NCBI GenBank assembly: GCA_041649715.1
Contig: JBAZMP010000001.1
Span: 309,287 to 373,286, forward strand
Length of the DNA: 64,000 nucleotides
DNA from: Patescibacteria group bacterium
GTDB taxonomy: Bacteria; Patescibacteriota; Patescibacteriia; JAXHNJ01
Reading direction: 5' to 3'
Both the position numbers and the translations under genes were made by a program. Under the pieces are notes generated by a model. It saw nothing but the letters and a program-made list of their open reading frames with translations, was not told the DNA's origin and did no database searches. Shown one piece after another: positions 10,075-20,067 of the stretch; the stretch's first letter is position 1, and each line of letters opens with the position of its first letter.

Positions 10075-10790
10075 GTCATACTGAGGAGCCATGAGATCCT
10101 GAGTCGCATCGAAGGACGAATGGCGTCTCGAAGTATGACCGTTTAGACACATAAAAGCCTGTCTATCCTTCGAGGCTCGCATTGCTCGCACCTCAGGGTG
10201 ACAGTTTTAGTTTTATTTGAAATTCGGTGCATCGGATTTAATCGTCAGGCGGCGAAGCGTTGACGAGCCGCCACTAAGAAAAAGTTAGCAGTAATTTAAG
10301 CTTTCAGCAGGCTGGGGTCTCTGCCTACGGCAGACAGGTGGGGGCTTCATCGCCTTAAATATTTTACAGCGTTTTTTGCTATTAAAAATAACGAAAATTT
10401 AATGGGCGAGGGGGTCCGGGGGAAAAACTGAAAGCGAATGGGCTACGCGGTAAAACCAACCCCCTGTGCTCGCGGTTTTTTTCCCCCGGGGCTTTTGGTT
10501 CTTTTGGCCTCAAAAGAACAAGACAATCAGCCTTGCCCCCTAAAATAAAAATTTTCTAAAGGTAAAAACTCACCCTTCGAGGCTCCCATTCGACGCGGCT
10601 CATGCTCGCACCTCAGGGTGACAGTTTTATTATTTTGGTTTTTGGAGTCTGCCCTGAGTGGCAACGAAGGGGTTACAAAAGTTGAAATACTTCGGCACAG
10701 ACTAAAGATTGAGTAAGGGATAAACAGAAGAAACCGTCTACCCTTCGAGGCTTAGGCGTTGCCTTCGCACCTCAGGGTGACAATTTTAGT
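10075..10790. repeat. Composite REP-like palindrome cluster 2
   Basis: Three CCTTCGAGGC..CACCTCAGGGTGACA modules, GGGGTCCGGGGGAAAA stem, GGCGGCGAA..GAGCCGCC hairpin and CCTGAGTGGCA.CGAAGG module. Confidence 0.8.
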
Positions 10791-10879
10791 TTGCATTTAT
10801 CAACTTTATAAGATTAAAATAAAAGACCCTTTTGTTCAAGCAGTGGGTCTTTAGGCATCTGCTAGCTTGCGGATGGGCG

Positions 10880-11188
10880 CTACGAGAGGAACTGGATCCA
10901 GCCATGGCGGGTGCGAAAATCGAATTTGATGAGATGATCGTGCGGTCCCTCCCGGTCAACCGAGTAGGCCTTTATTATCCAGCGTTCGCCGGAGACGTCT
11001 GCCCGCTCCATCCCTCGGATAGCGGCGTTAACGGCGGTTTGAGGCGCCATGGGCGGCATACCTCGTTTCCACGGCTTCGGCGTGATCTTGAATTCTACCC
11101 ATTTCTGTTCGTGATTCTGGCCCACGAACAGAGCGATGAGGGCGTCGAACTTCGACGGCCCGTCGAGGATCTCAATACGCTGTGCCAT
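10880..11188 (-). CDS. Orphan protein in an antisense solo cassette
   Basis: AGGAGGT SD; promoter TTGACT-N17-TAATTT at 11310-11338; terminator at 10821-10852. Confidence 0.7.
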   Translation of the reverse strand: MAQRIEILDGPSKFDALIALFVGQNHEQKWVEFKITPKPWKRGMPPMAPQTAVNAAIRGMERADVSGERWIIKAYSVDREGPHDHLIKFDFRTRHGWIQFLS

Positions 11189-11375
11189 CCGGCACCTCCT
11201 GGGAAAAGAGCGGATTTCCTTGGGCTAGGCGGAAATCACCGGCCTACTTATTCCCGTTTTTGCCCGCGGGAACGACCTGCTCATCCGAGACAGGAATTAC
11301 GGATATTACAAATTAGCATAGAGACAAAACTTAGTCAAGAGTTTTTATTTTTTTCAATTAGAGTATAATAAACTT

Positions 11376-11627
11376 ATGGAAACCTCTAAAATCGAATCTT
11401 TTGCGCAAGCCATGGCCAGAGCGGAAACACTGGAAAGGGAAGGCGGTTTAACTGACGAAGTGATGGCTATAAGGATGTGGGTCAAAGAAAAATATCCAAC
11501 GGAGTTTGCCGGATATCTTAAGAATAAAACCGATAAAGCCGGCAGCGCCGGCGAAACCATCCATTCCAATGTCTACGGGAAAAAAAGAATGGATGACCTG
11601 AAAAATAAAAGAGAAATTAAATTCTAA
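11376..11627 (+). CDS. Hypothetical protein
   Basis: ATG after an AT-rich leader; co-oriented with the next gene. Confidence 0.55.
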   Translation: METSKIESFAQAMARAETLEREGGLTDEVMAIRMWVKEKYPTEFAGYLKNKTDKAGSAGETIHSNVYGKKRMDDLKNKREIKF

Positions 11628-11637
11628 AAATATCCAT

Positions 11638-12531
11638 ATGCAAAAAAAATCCTGGCTTAGCCTCATTTATTTTCTGGTTTTTGGCTTATTAATAATTTTT
11701 ACTTTCTTATTCAAAAGCCGTTCTCTGCTGTATGTAGTAATTCCCATTTTTTTTGGTTTTATCGTGGTTTTGAGTTTGATAAATGTTGGAGGCAAGATGT
11801 TTTCTTTTTCCAAAGGTTTGATGACCATGAGTAAAACCGGGCCGGTTTTTACCTCTAAGGTCTGGTCTTGGCGGGAAGGGGAAACGATTGATTTCGCCGA
11901 TATTTTTCCGGGGTTGAAGGACGTGACCTCATTTTTCAGTGAAATGCCACTGCCGAAAATAAAACCGGAGAGAGTGGCGATTGGAGAAAAAGAGGGGGTG
12001 AATTATAATATTTACCGGCTTAATTTCACGAATATCGTAAAAGTTCCGGCCAGCCGCAAACCGGGCTTCCGGCCGCTGATAATCCACGGGGTTAAAGCGC
12101 CGGGAATGAGCGGGGGCTTGAATTCAAGTGTGAGCCAGAGCTTTAATATTTTGCAGGCCAGATTGACTTTTCCTGGATCTTTCCCCGGCCGTTTGATTAT
12201 CCAAAGAGTTGCCGGGCCGACCTTGGGCCGTGATATTGATCTGGAAAGCGTGGAATTTAACAAAAAAGTTCAGGTCTATACCAATCAGGCCAAAATCGCT
12301 TACCAGATTTTATCCCCGGATTTTATGGACTGGTATTTGAAACTGCCTGATCAGCCGGTTATCGCTTTTGACCAACAGATATGTTATTACACCCTGATCG
12401 GATTCAGTAATAAGGGTGAGGAAGAGATTACCGCCGATATTGAACAATTGATTGACCGCGTCCTGCATTCAGGGGCTTTAACCTTATCCCAAATCCCAAA
12501 TCCTAAATCCAAAACAAATCCCAATATCTAA
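11638..12531 (+). CDS. Membrane protein, 2 N-terminal TM, DUF3137-like C-terminal domain
   Basis: IDLESVEFNK..VY...AYQILSPDFMD motif; C-terminus runs into a heptamer repeat. Confidence 0.6.
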   Translation: MQKKSWLSLIYFLVFGLLIIFTFLFKSRSLLYVVIPIFFGFIVVLSLINVGGKMFSFSKGLMTMSKTGPVFTSKVWSWREGETIDFADIFPGLKDVTSFFSEMPLPKIKPERVAIGEKEGVNYNIYRLNFTNIVKVPASRKPGFRPLIIHGVKAPGMSGGLNSSVSQSFNILQARLTFPGSFPGRLIIQRVAGPTLGRDIDLESVEFNKKVQVYTNQAKIAYQILSPDFMDWYLKLPDQPVIAFDQQICYYTLIGFSNKGEEEITADIEQLIDRVLHSGALTLSQIPNPKSKTNPNI

Positions 12532-12548
12532 ATCTGAAATTCGAAACA
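12488..12548. repeat. Heptamer-repeat tract, left arm, overlapping the CDS end
   Basis: CCCAAATCCCAAATCCTAAATCC...AAATTCGAAAC. Confidence 0.65.
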
Positions 12549-12595
12549 CGGCGGCGTCGTCTCATTTTATGGTGAACAAAAGTAATCAGAAAGCG

Positions 12596-13000
12596 TGGGG
12601 GCTCCGGGGGTTTTCCTCAGTCCGCAGGGGTTTTAGCGTCTATTTACGCAAATCTTGAACGAATTAAAACCCCCGGGGCTCTTTGGTACTTTCTGGCCCC
12701 AGAAAGTACAAGCAAACAGCCTTGCCCCCAAAAATAAAATTTTCAAAAAAGTAAAACTAACCCTTCGACGCGGCTCAGGGTGACAAGAGGAGAAAGGCGG
12801 CGAAACCAGGGGCGAGCCGCCTAGTGAATAAAAATTAGCAGATACTTTATGCTTTCAGCAAAACAGGGGTCCGGGGGGAATGCTCGACTTTGCGGCTTTT
12901 AGCATTTATATGAGTTTTAAGGGGGCAATCATTCCCCCCGGAACTTTTGCTACTGGAGCCTGCCCTGAGTGGCACCGAAGGGGTTACAAAAGTTGAAAGA
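12596..13000. repeat. Composite REP-like palindrome cluster 3
   Basis: Two CCGGGGG..CCCCCGG stems, CCCTTCGACGCGGCTCAGGGTGACA, GGCGGCGAA..GAGCCGCC and CCTGCCCTGAGTGGCACCGAAGGG. Confidence 0.75.
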
Positions 13001-13175
13001 TAGCATCTAAAAAAACAGCTAAAGTAAAACAAAATAATAAACCAAAAAATTACTCTCGCCCGTCTTACGCATAGGTCGATCTTTTTGGCTAATTTAAGCA
13101 GAAATAACAAAAAGACGTTAATTTTGACTAAATCGGCTAAAATCGCTATAATAAAGTTAAATACAGGAGGGGAAA

Positions 13176-14480
13176 TTGAGTAAACAAATGCCGTATATTT
13201 TGTTATCAGACATCAAGCAATATTTAGGCCAAGAGGTGCTTCTTAAAGGCTGGGTTTTTAACGCCCGGTCTTCCGGAAGCCTCTTTTTTTTACAGCTGCG
13301 GGACGGCTTGGGAGAGGTTCAGGGAGTAGTTTCCAAAAAAGAAGTCAGCCCGGAGGTTTTTGACGCCGCAAAGAAGCTTCAGATAGAATCTTCCGTGGAA
13401 GTCACCGGGATTTTGAAAGAAGAGGCTAAATCGCCCTCGGGTTTTGAAATTCAGGTTAAGGATTTGAAAGTCATTCAGATAGCCTCCGATTACCCGATCG
13501 CCAAAAAAGAGCACGGCCCGGATTTTCTGATGGATAACCGGCATTTGTGGCTTCGTTCTTCCCGCCAGCGGGCGATTTTAAAAATAAGGGATTCGGTTAT
13601 TTGGGCCGCCCGCAAATTTTTTAAAGACAATAATTTTACGCTGACGGATTCGCCGATCCTGACGCCGACCGCCTGCGAAGGGACGACCACGCTTTTTAAA
13701 ACCAAATATTTTGAGGAAGACGCTTATCTCGCGCAGTCCGGACAATTATACATTGAAGCGACGGCCGCCGCCCTGGGCCGGGTTTATGATTTCGGGCCTA
13801 CATTCCGGGCGGAAAAATCCAAGACCCGTCGTCACCTGATGGAATTCTGGATGCTGGACGCGGAAGCGGCTTTTGTGGAGCATGAGGAAAACTTAAAGAT
13901 CCAGGAAAATCTGATCAGTTCCATTGTTAAATATGTTTTGGAAAATAATAAAAAAGAGCTGGCAGTTTTGGAAAGAGACATAAAACCTTTGGAAAAAATT
14001 AAGCCGCCTTTTTACCGCAAGAAATATGAAGAGGTTATTAAGGATCTGCAAAGCAAGGGAAGCCCGATAAAATCCGGGGATGATTTCGGCGGAGACGAGG
14101 AAACCCTGATTTCCAAGGATCTGGACAAACCGGTTTTTGTCACGCATTGGCCGAAAAGTATAAAACCTTTTTACATGAAACAGGATCCCCGAAATCCCAA
14201 ATTAGTTTTGAATGCTGATTGCCTCGCCCCGGAAAGTTTTGGCGAGATCATCGGCGGTTCGCAAAGGGAAGATGATTATGAAACTTTGAAAGCCAACATG
14301 GAAAAAGCGAAAATTCCCATCAAGGATTACCAGTGGTATTTGGATTTGCGCCAATACGGCACTTTTCCGCACTCCGGTTTTGGCTTGGGAATTGAAAGAA
14401 CCGTGGCCTGGATCTGCGGATTAAAGCATATCCGCGAGACGATACCGTTTCCAAGAATGCTGAATAGACTTAGGCCATAG
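13176..14480 (+). CDS. asnS: Asparagine--tRNA ligase
   Basis: OB-fold N-terminus; RHLWLRS, ACEGTTTLF, FRAEKSKTRRHL, EIIGGSQRE, GLGIER, PFPR. Confidence 0.95.
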   Translation: MSKQMPYILLSDIKQYLGQEVLLKGWVFNARSSGSLFFLQLRDGLGEVQGVVSKKEVSPEVFDAAKKLQIESSVEVTGILKEEAKSPSGFEIQVKDLKVIQIASDYPIAKKEHGPDFLMDNRHLWLRSSRQRAILKIRDSVIWAARKFFKDNNFTLTDSPILTPTACEGTTTLFKTKYFEEDAYLAQSGQLYIEATAAALGRVYDFGPTFRAEKSKTRRHLMEFWMLDAEAAFVEHEENLKIQENLISSIVKYVLENNKKELAVLERDIKPLEKIKPPFYRKKYEEVIKDLQSKGSPIKSGDDFGGDEETLISKDLDKPVFVTHWPKSIKPFYMKQDPRNPKLVLNADCLAPESFGEIIGGSQREDDYETLKANMEKAKIPIKDYQWYLDLRQYGTFPHSGFGLGIERTVAWICGLKHIRETIPFPRMLNRLRP

Positions 14481-14501
14481 TTGGTATTAATTTGTTATTT
14501 T

Positions 14502-14667
14502 TAAATCCTAAATTCTAAATCCGAAAATCTAAACAAATCTTAAATTCTAAATTCCAAATTCAAAACCGGTTTGGAACATTGGAAAATTAGGGCTTCGAAT
14601 TTGTTTCGGATTTAGGATTTCGCGCTTCGAATTTATCTGAATTTTGGTGCTTGTAATTTGGAATTTT
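14502..14667. repeat. Two-armed heptamer palindrome element
   Basis: AAATCC/AAATTC heptamers then complementary GGATTT/GAATTT heptamers; core shared with 37672-37843. Confidence 0.75.
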
Positions 14668-14699
14668 GAAGAATTATATCGTATAGATTATTAATTACC

Positions 14700-15125
14700 A
14701 TGCCTGAAACAATTTTCAACCCCCCTGGTTATCAGAAAAATAATAAATCAAAGAAAATTGTGATCATTGTTCTTGTCATTCTTGTTTTGTTAGTCGCGGC
14801 TTTCTTTTTCGGCTATTTTTACCAGAAAAATAAGTGGAGTGTAAGCGACATATTTACTTTTGAATCAGATTGCGCCAAAGAAGGCGGGAGTATTTCCGTT
14901 ACTGGTAAGTTCAAGAAGTGCTGCGGGTCTTTAAAGCCAGTCCGCCCATATAGGATGATAGATACGGCGCAAGACACAAAACCACTTCTATTAACAGTTG
15001 ATTTCTATAAGGGAGACATTGCTTGTACCGGTCTTCCTGGCGGTATGGATTGCGTCCGTTGCGGGAATGGCAAATGCGGTAAAGGCGAGAATATCTGTAA
15101 TTGCCCGCAGGATTGCAAGGAATGA
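14700..15125 (+). CDS. Single-TM protein with Cys-rich extracellular domain
   Basis: TM helix; CAKEG..CC and CGNGKCGKGENICNCPQDC. Confidence 0.7.
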   Translation: MPETIFNPPGYQKNNKSKKIVIIVLVILVLLVAAFFFGYFYQKNKWSVSDIFTFESDCAKEGGSISVTGKFKKCCGSLKPVRPYRMIDTAQDTKPLLLTVDFYKGDIACTGLPGGMDCVRCGNGKCGKGENICNCPQDCKE

Positions 15126-15146
15126 GAATATTAGTATTAAAATAAT

Positions 15147-16421
15147 ATGGAAGATCAAACTCAACCCAATCCGACAAAGGAAAAACGCCCTCAAAAAACC
15201 AGCTTGCTGGCCATTCTTATTTTGATCGCCGTCCTGCTCGGGGCGATCATTATCGCCGGCTACTTCTATTTTGTTCCGGCGGACAGGGAGAATAAAAACA
15301 CCAATCAGGTGGCGGTCAGTTCCAATTCTAATGAAAATCAGAACACCAGCCAGCTTTTAGGCGGAGATGAAGATGAGCACGGCTGCAAAGGTTCGGCCGG
15401 CTATTCTTGGTGCGAAGCTAAGCAGAAATGCTTGAGAATTTGGGAGGAGGTCTGCCCAAGTAGCTTTAATAATTTGGGAAATAGCGCCCCCACTTTATCG
15501 GGCGAATTCTGGATGATTCAAAATTATACCGCTAAATTAAAGAGTATTAATATTGCCAATAAAGAGATTAAAGAATGGACGGAATATCCAAATCAACCTC
15601 AAAATAGCGAAAATGAAATACCGGCGCCAAAAGGTAATCACATGTTATATAATAAAAAAGATACTGACGGAAATTGGGCCTTGTATGTTTCTGAGACCAA
15701 TGGTAAAAATGAAAAACTTATTACGACTGGCGGGGTGTGTACAGATGGTCCGTGTTCCAAAGAAAATACTTATGGAGTGGGCAAAATTTCTCCGGATGGG
15801 CAATATGTTTCATTCAGAAAAGGAGAAAATAGCATTGTTAAAAATCTTGTCACTGATAAAGAAACCATTCTGCCCTTAAAACTGACTCTCGCTCCTGCGG
15901 CTTTTACTCCTCTTCAGACATATGTTTACACAGTTTCACAAAAGGAAAATGAGGTTAATTATTACCTGGAAATCGGCAAGTTATCAGATACTGAATTTCG
16001 CTTGATTAATCCCGCACTTTCCCTTTTTTATGCCATTGATTTTTCGCCGGACGAAAATTATTTTGCCATTAGTGGTAATCAGGGAGTTTGCATCTATGAG
16101 ACAAAGACCGGCCAGTTATTAGACAAAAAAGAGAGTAATGATATGTCAGGAATTTACGAAATAGTTTGGCTATCAAACAATAAGCTTATTTTGCGGACTC
16201 ATAATTCAGTTTTGCATCAATTTACTTTAATCGATCATAAAATTACCGAAGAAATAATATACAAAGCCGAATATTTAGACTCCCTTTTTAGAATAGATGA
16301 CAATAATGTTCTTTTGCGATCCGGCGGTAATGATTTGATAGTGATTAATACGACTACCGGAACTATAACCGAAGTTTATTCAAGTGACGATTATTTCGCT
16401 ATTTTAGGGTCAAAGGAATAA
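15147..16421 (+). CDS. Single-TM surface protein: Cys micro-domain + TolB/WD40-like propeller
   Basis: GGDEDEHGCKGSAGYSWCE..KCLR.WEE.C; ISPDGQYVSF and FSPDENYFA repeats. Confidence 0.7.
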   Translation: MEDQTQPNPTKEKRPQKTSLLAILILIAVLLGAIIIAGYFYFVPADRENKNTNQVAVSSNSNENQNTSQLLGGDEDEHGCKGSAGYSWCEAKQKCLRIWEEVCPSSFNNLGNSAPTLSGEFWMIQNYTAKLKSINIANKEIKEWTEYPNQPQNSENEIPAPKGNHMLYNKKDTDGNWALYVSETNGKNEKLITTGGVCTDGPCSKENTYGVGKISPDGQYVSFRKGENSIVKNLVTDKETILPLKLTLAPAAFTPLQTYVYTVSQKENEVNYYLEIGKLSDTEFRLINPALSLFYAIDFSPDENYFAISGNQGVCIYETKTGQLLDKKESNDMSGIYEIVWLSNNKLILRTHNSVLHQFTLIDHKITEEIIYKAEYLDSLFRIDDNNVLLRSGGNDLIVINTTTGTITEVYSSDDYFAILGSKE

Positions 16422-16447
16422 TTATATTAAATAGTCGAAAAAAATAA

Positions 16448-17311
16448 ATGCCAAACCAACCTCAAATTAATCCGCCAAAGGAAAAACGCCCTCAAAAAAC
16501 CAGCTTGCTGGCCATTCTTATTTTGGTCGCCGTTCTGCTCGGCGCGATCATTGTCGCCGGCTATTTCTATTTTGTTCCGGCGGACAGGGAAAACAAAAAT
16601 GCCAGCCAGGCGGCGGAAAACTCTAATATTAATGTAAATTTAAATAATAATGAAAATCAGAATAATAATTCAAATAATAGCGCTAGCGCAAATGAGGTAA
16701 AGACAGCCATTGGCTTGGTCAGCTTAAGCTGTGCCACGAAATCTGACTGTGTGTTAATTGGTAAAGAGAAAGATTATGATTGTTGCGGCATTGGTAGTTG
16801 CCTCGACTATTCTCAGGGGATTTGGGTGGCGGTGAATAATCGTTCTTTCCAAGAAATTATCGAGCGACATAATTGTAATATAGCCTGCCCTGATAATATG
16901 GAGGTATGTTTTTATAATGATTATTATGAAGTAGGATGCCAGAATAACCGCTGTCAAACGATAAAAGTAACTAAGACTACTGAAAATTCCGATTCAAATG
17001 AAATAAGTGTAATCGGCGGTCAGGTGAGTTTGAGTTGTTCTTCAAAGCAAGATTGTCGATTGATTGACAAAGAAAAGGACTATACCGTTTGTTGTTCTCA
17101 ATATTCTCAACCGGACTATACCAAAGGGATTTGGGTAGCGGTCAATAGTAGTTCTTTCCAAAAAATTGTTGGCTCTAACAGCGCCTGCAAATTGAAAGTC
17201 TGCCCGGATAATATGGAAGTATATTATAGCGGTAATGTTCCGTATGAAGTGGCATGCCAGAATAACCGCTGTCAAACGATAAAAATAAACAGGACTATTG
17301 TTGAGTATTAA
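16448..17311 (+). CDS. Single-TM surface protein with two tandem Cys-rich repeats
   Basis: N-terminus nearly identical to the 15147 gene; duplicated VSLSC..DC.LI.KEKDY..CC..WVAVN..CPDNMEV..CQNNRCQTIK. Confidence 0.75.
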   Translation: MPNQPQINPPKEKRPQKTSLLAILILVAVLLGAIIVAGYFYFVPADRENKNASQAAENSNINVNLNNNENQNNNSNNSASANEVKTAIGLVSLSCATKSDCVLIGKEKDYDCCGIGSCLDYSQGIWVAVNNRSFQEIIERHNCNIACPDNMEVCFYNDYYEVGCQNNRCQTIKVTKTTENSDSNEISVIGGQVSLSCSSKQDCRLIDKEKDYTVCCSQYSQPDYTKGIWVAVNSSSFQKIVGSNSACKLKVCPDNMEVYYSGNVPYEVACQNNRCQTIKINRTIVEY

Positions 17312-17316
17312 AGAAT

Positions 17317-17367
17317 ATGGACCGAATATTCACTTCGCAAACCTTAGACAAGGTAGACAAAAAATAA
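17317..17367 (+). pseudogene. Remnant copy of the first 16 codons of aspS
   Basis: Encodes MDRIFTSQTLDKVDKK*, identical in amino acids to the AspS N-terminus; 4 synonymous nucleotide differences. Confidence 0.8.
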
Positions 17368-17376
17368 ATAAAATTT

Positions 17377-18648
17377 ATGTTAAATCAAATTCAACAAAAT
17401 CAGCCTAACCAAAAGAAGCCGAAAAAAAGTCTCGCTCCAATATTAACTCTCGGTTTCATCGCCGCCCTTTTAATAGCGGCCATGTCTTTTGGGTACGTGA
17501 AATACATCAAGAATGGGAACGAGAATGCGAACAATTCAGTGGCCTGCACCATGGAGGCCAAGCTCTGTTCGGACGGCTCGGCCGTTGGCCGCGTGCCGCC
17601 TACTTGCGAGTTCGCGCCCTGCCCCAATGAAAATGGGAATTCAAATGTTAATTTAAATGCCAATGTCTCGGTCAATGCCAATGAAAATTTGAATACCAAC
17701 ACAGCGGTCAGCGAAGTAGAAAAATGGCAGAATTATCAACTGGAATACGATAAATTTGGCAAGCTCACTTCTTTTTCCTATAAGTATACCTATAATCAAC
17801 AGACAAAGATTGTTACTCCATTTGATATCGCATTATATCGCGGCTCGGTGACTCCTTATGGTGTTATTTTTTTTAAAGTCGGAGAAATGAGGCAAGCCAC
17901 GGGTACGAATATCGGAGAATTTAGCTATGAATACGGTATCAATCCGGATTTTCAATTGTTTAATTATCAGACCCAGTCTTTTAAATCATTGCCGGCTTTT
18001 TCTTTGAAACTGGCCGGAAGCCAATTTGAAAGAATTTACGCCCTGCATTTTTCCGCGACCGAACCAAAGATATTGGTTGAAATCGGAGAATACGATACCA
18101 GTAGCTCTCATTTCGAGCCGGGACTGGTAGAAAGCCAGCCGGTGAAGACCCACGGGGTGGTCTATGACGTCGTCACCAACCAGTATTTGACCGGCGACCC
18201 CTTGACGATCTATTTAGATCTGATCGGCCAAACCACGACATTGTGGAACGGTATGTCCTGGGATAGTCTGCACCAGATCGCGGTGGCGGCGCCGGGCGGG
18301 GAAGGATGTGGCGCTTATAATTCTTTGACAGTTGTCTACCTGGATCAAGAAAGAGCCGTGACCGTCGGCGGTGAAGGCAGTTTCAATTTTAAAAAAGAAA
18401 TATGCAACCCAAGTAACGGGGTAAGCCCTGATCGTAAATGGTTTGTTTTAGATGGATGCAATAACGAAAATAAATTCGACGTCAATCTCTTTAATTACGC
18501 CAGTTTTCCTGAGCCAATTCTAAAAAAACTCTCCATCTCGGTTTCGAATAATAATGTTTGTCATGTTTATGTGAAAGAATGGAATATCAGTCAGACCTAC
18601 CCGATCATTACTTTTAATGACGGCACGATTATTAATTTTAACGAATAA
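17377..18648 (+). CDS. Single-TM surface protein with Cys micro-domain and Asn-rich stalk
   Basis: ACTMEAKLCSDGSAVGRVPPTCEFAPCP followed by NVNLNANVSVNAN. Confidence 0.7.
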   Translation: MLNQIQQNQPNQKKPKKSLAPILTLGFIAALLIAAMSFGYVKYIKNGNENANNSVACTMEAKLCSDGSAVGRVPPTCEFAPCPNENGNSNVNLNANVSVNANENLNTNTAVSEVEKWQNYQLEYDKFGKLTSFSYKYTYNQQTKIVTPFDIALYRGSVTPYGVIFFKVGEMRQATGTNIGEFSYEYGINPDFQLFNYQTQSFKSLPAFSLKLAGSQFERIYALHFSATEPKILVEIGEYDTSSSHFEPGLVESQPVKTHGVVYDVVTNQYLTGDPLTIYLDLIGQTTTLWNGMSWDSLHQIAVAAPGGEGCGAYNSLTVVYLDQERAVTVGGEGSFNFKKEICNPSNGVSPDRKWFVLDGCNNENKFDVNLFNYASFPEPILKKLSISVSNNNVCHVYVKEWNISQTYPIITFNDGTIINFNE

Positions 18649-18659
18649 AATATAAAATA

Positions 18660-20039
18660 ATGGACCGCATTTTCACTTCGCAAACCTTAGACAAGGTCGA
18701 TAAAAAAATAAAGCTGGCCGGCTGGGTGCACCGGACGCGCCGGATGGGCTCGATCGTTTTTATTGACCTGCGCGACCGCGAAGGCCTGATCCAGGTGGTT
18801 TTTGACAAGCATTTTAAAGAAGCCCGGGAATTGCGGCCGGAATTTGTCATTGAGTTGGAGGGTAAAGTAGTCAAGCGCGAATTAAAAAATATCAATACGG
18901 ATTCGCCGACCGGCGAAATAGAGGTGCAGGCCACAAGCCTGAAAGTGCTGGCCAAAGCGAAGACTCCGCCTTTTGAAATTGAAAATGAAGAGCGGCAGGC
19001 CAGCGAGGAATTAAGGCTTAAATACCGCTATCTGGATCTGCGGCACGAAAGAATGAAAAAGAACCTGATCTTGCGCCACAAAGTGATCAAATTCATCCGC
19101 GACTGGCTTTCTACCTCCGGTTTTATGGAAATTGAAACGCCGCTTTTGACCAAGGGCACGCCGGAAGGGGCCAGAGAGTACATCGTCCCTTCCCGCAATT
19201 TTGCCGGCCAATTCTATGTCCTGCCGCAAAGCCCCCAGCAGTTCAAGCAATTGCTGATGGTGGCGGGCTTGGAAAAATATTTCCAGATCGCCAGATGCTT
19301 CCGCGATGAAGACGCCAGGGGAGACCGGCAGGCGGAATTTACCCAATTAGACTTGGAAATGTCCTTTGTCTCCCAGGAAGATATATTGAAGCTTTCCGAG
19401 GAATTGTTCATTCAGCTGGTCCAAAAAATCTGTCCGGAGAAAAAGATCGCCAAGATTCCTTTTCCGCGCTTAAGTTATGATGAGTCCATGAAAAAGTATA
19501 AAAGCGACAAGCCGGATCTGCGGAAGAATAAAAAAGACAATAACGAACTGGCTTTTGCCTGGGTTTTGAATCCTCCGCTTTTTGAAAAAAGCGTGACGGA
19601 AAAAAAGTGGGTTTCCACCCACCATCCTTTTACTATGCCGGTCGAGGATGATATTGAATTATTAGATAAAGAGCCAAAAAAAGTTAAAGCGCAATCCTAT
19701 GATATAGTTTTAAATGGTTTTGAAATCGGTACCGGGAGTGTCAGAATCCACGAGGCTTCCTTACAGTACAAAATATTCCAAATTTTGGGTCTGAACGAAA
19801 AAGAGATCCAGGAGCGCTTCGGCCATATGCTGGAGGCTTTTTCCTACGGCGTGCCGCCGCACGCGGGCATCGCCCCGGGTTTAGACAGGTTAGTCATGAT
19901 ATTGGCCGGCGAGCCGAATATCCGGGAAGTGATCGCTTTCCCCAAGACCGCCGATGCCCGAGATTTAATGATGGGAGCACCGTCGGAGTTACCTGAGAGT
20001 CAGGTTAAAGAGGCATATATTAAGAAACTGAAAAATTAA
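18660..20039 (+). CDS. aspS: Aspartate--tRNA ligase (short form lacking the GAD insertion)
   Basis: RLKYRYLDLR, TPEGAREY, LPQSPQQFKQLLM, FRDED, HHPFT, GLDRL, AFPKT. Confidence 0.95.
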   Translation: MDRIFTSQTLDKVDKKIKLAGWVHRTRRMGSIVFIDLRDREGLIQVVFDKHFKEARELRPEFVIELEGKVVKRELKNINTDSPTGEIEVQATSLKVLAKAKTPPFEIENEERQASEELRLKYRYLDLRHERMKKNLILRHKVIKFIRDWLSTSGFMEIETPLLTKGTPEGAREYIVPSRNFAGQFYVLPQSPQQFKQLLMVAGLEKYFQIARCFRDEDARGDRQAEFTQLDLEMSFVSQEDILKLSEELFIQLVQKICPEKKIAKIPFPRLSYDESMKKYKSDKPDLRKNKKDNNELAFAWVLNPPLFEKSVTEKKWVSTHHPFTMPVEDDIELLDKEPKKVKAQSYDIVLNGFEIGTGSVRIHEASLQYKIFQILGLNEKEIQERFGHMLEAFSYGVPPHAGIAPGLDRLVMILAGEPNIREVIAFPKTADARDLMMGAPSELPESQVKEAYIKKLKN

Positions 20040-20067
20040 ACAAAATAATTTTAGAATATTGCTAATT

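Noticed and set aside
10832-11368. 178-aa + strand ORF
   Set aside because: Shadow of the minus-strand gene, which has an SD, promoter and terminator
7295-13000. CRISPR array
   Set aside because: Repeats are irregularly spaced, nested and variable, with no constant repeat-spacer period and no cas genes
15147-17311. Diversity-generating retroelement template/variable repeat pair
   Set aside because: No reverse transcriptase in the window, both repeats are coding, and differences are not adenine-specific
18660-20039. aspS and hrcA as truncated pseudogenes
   Set aside because: Key motifs and both termini are intact; the shortening is internal domain loss typical of reduced genomes
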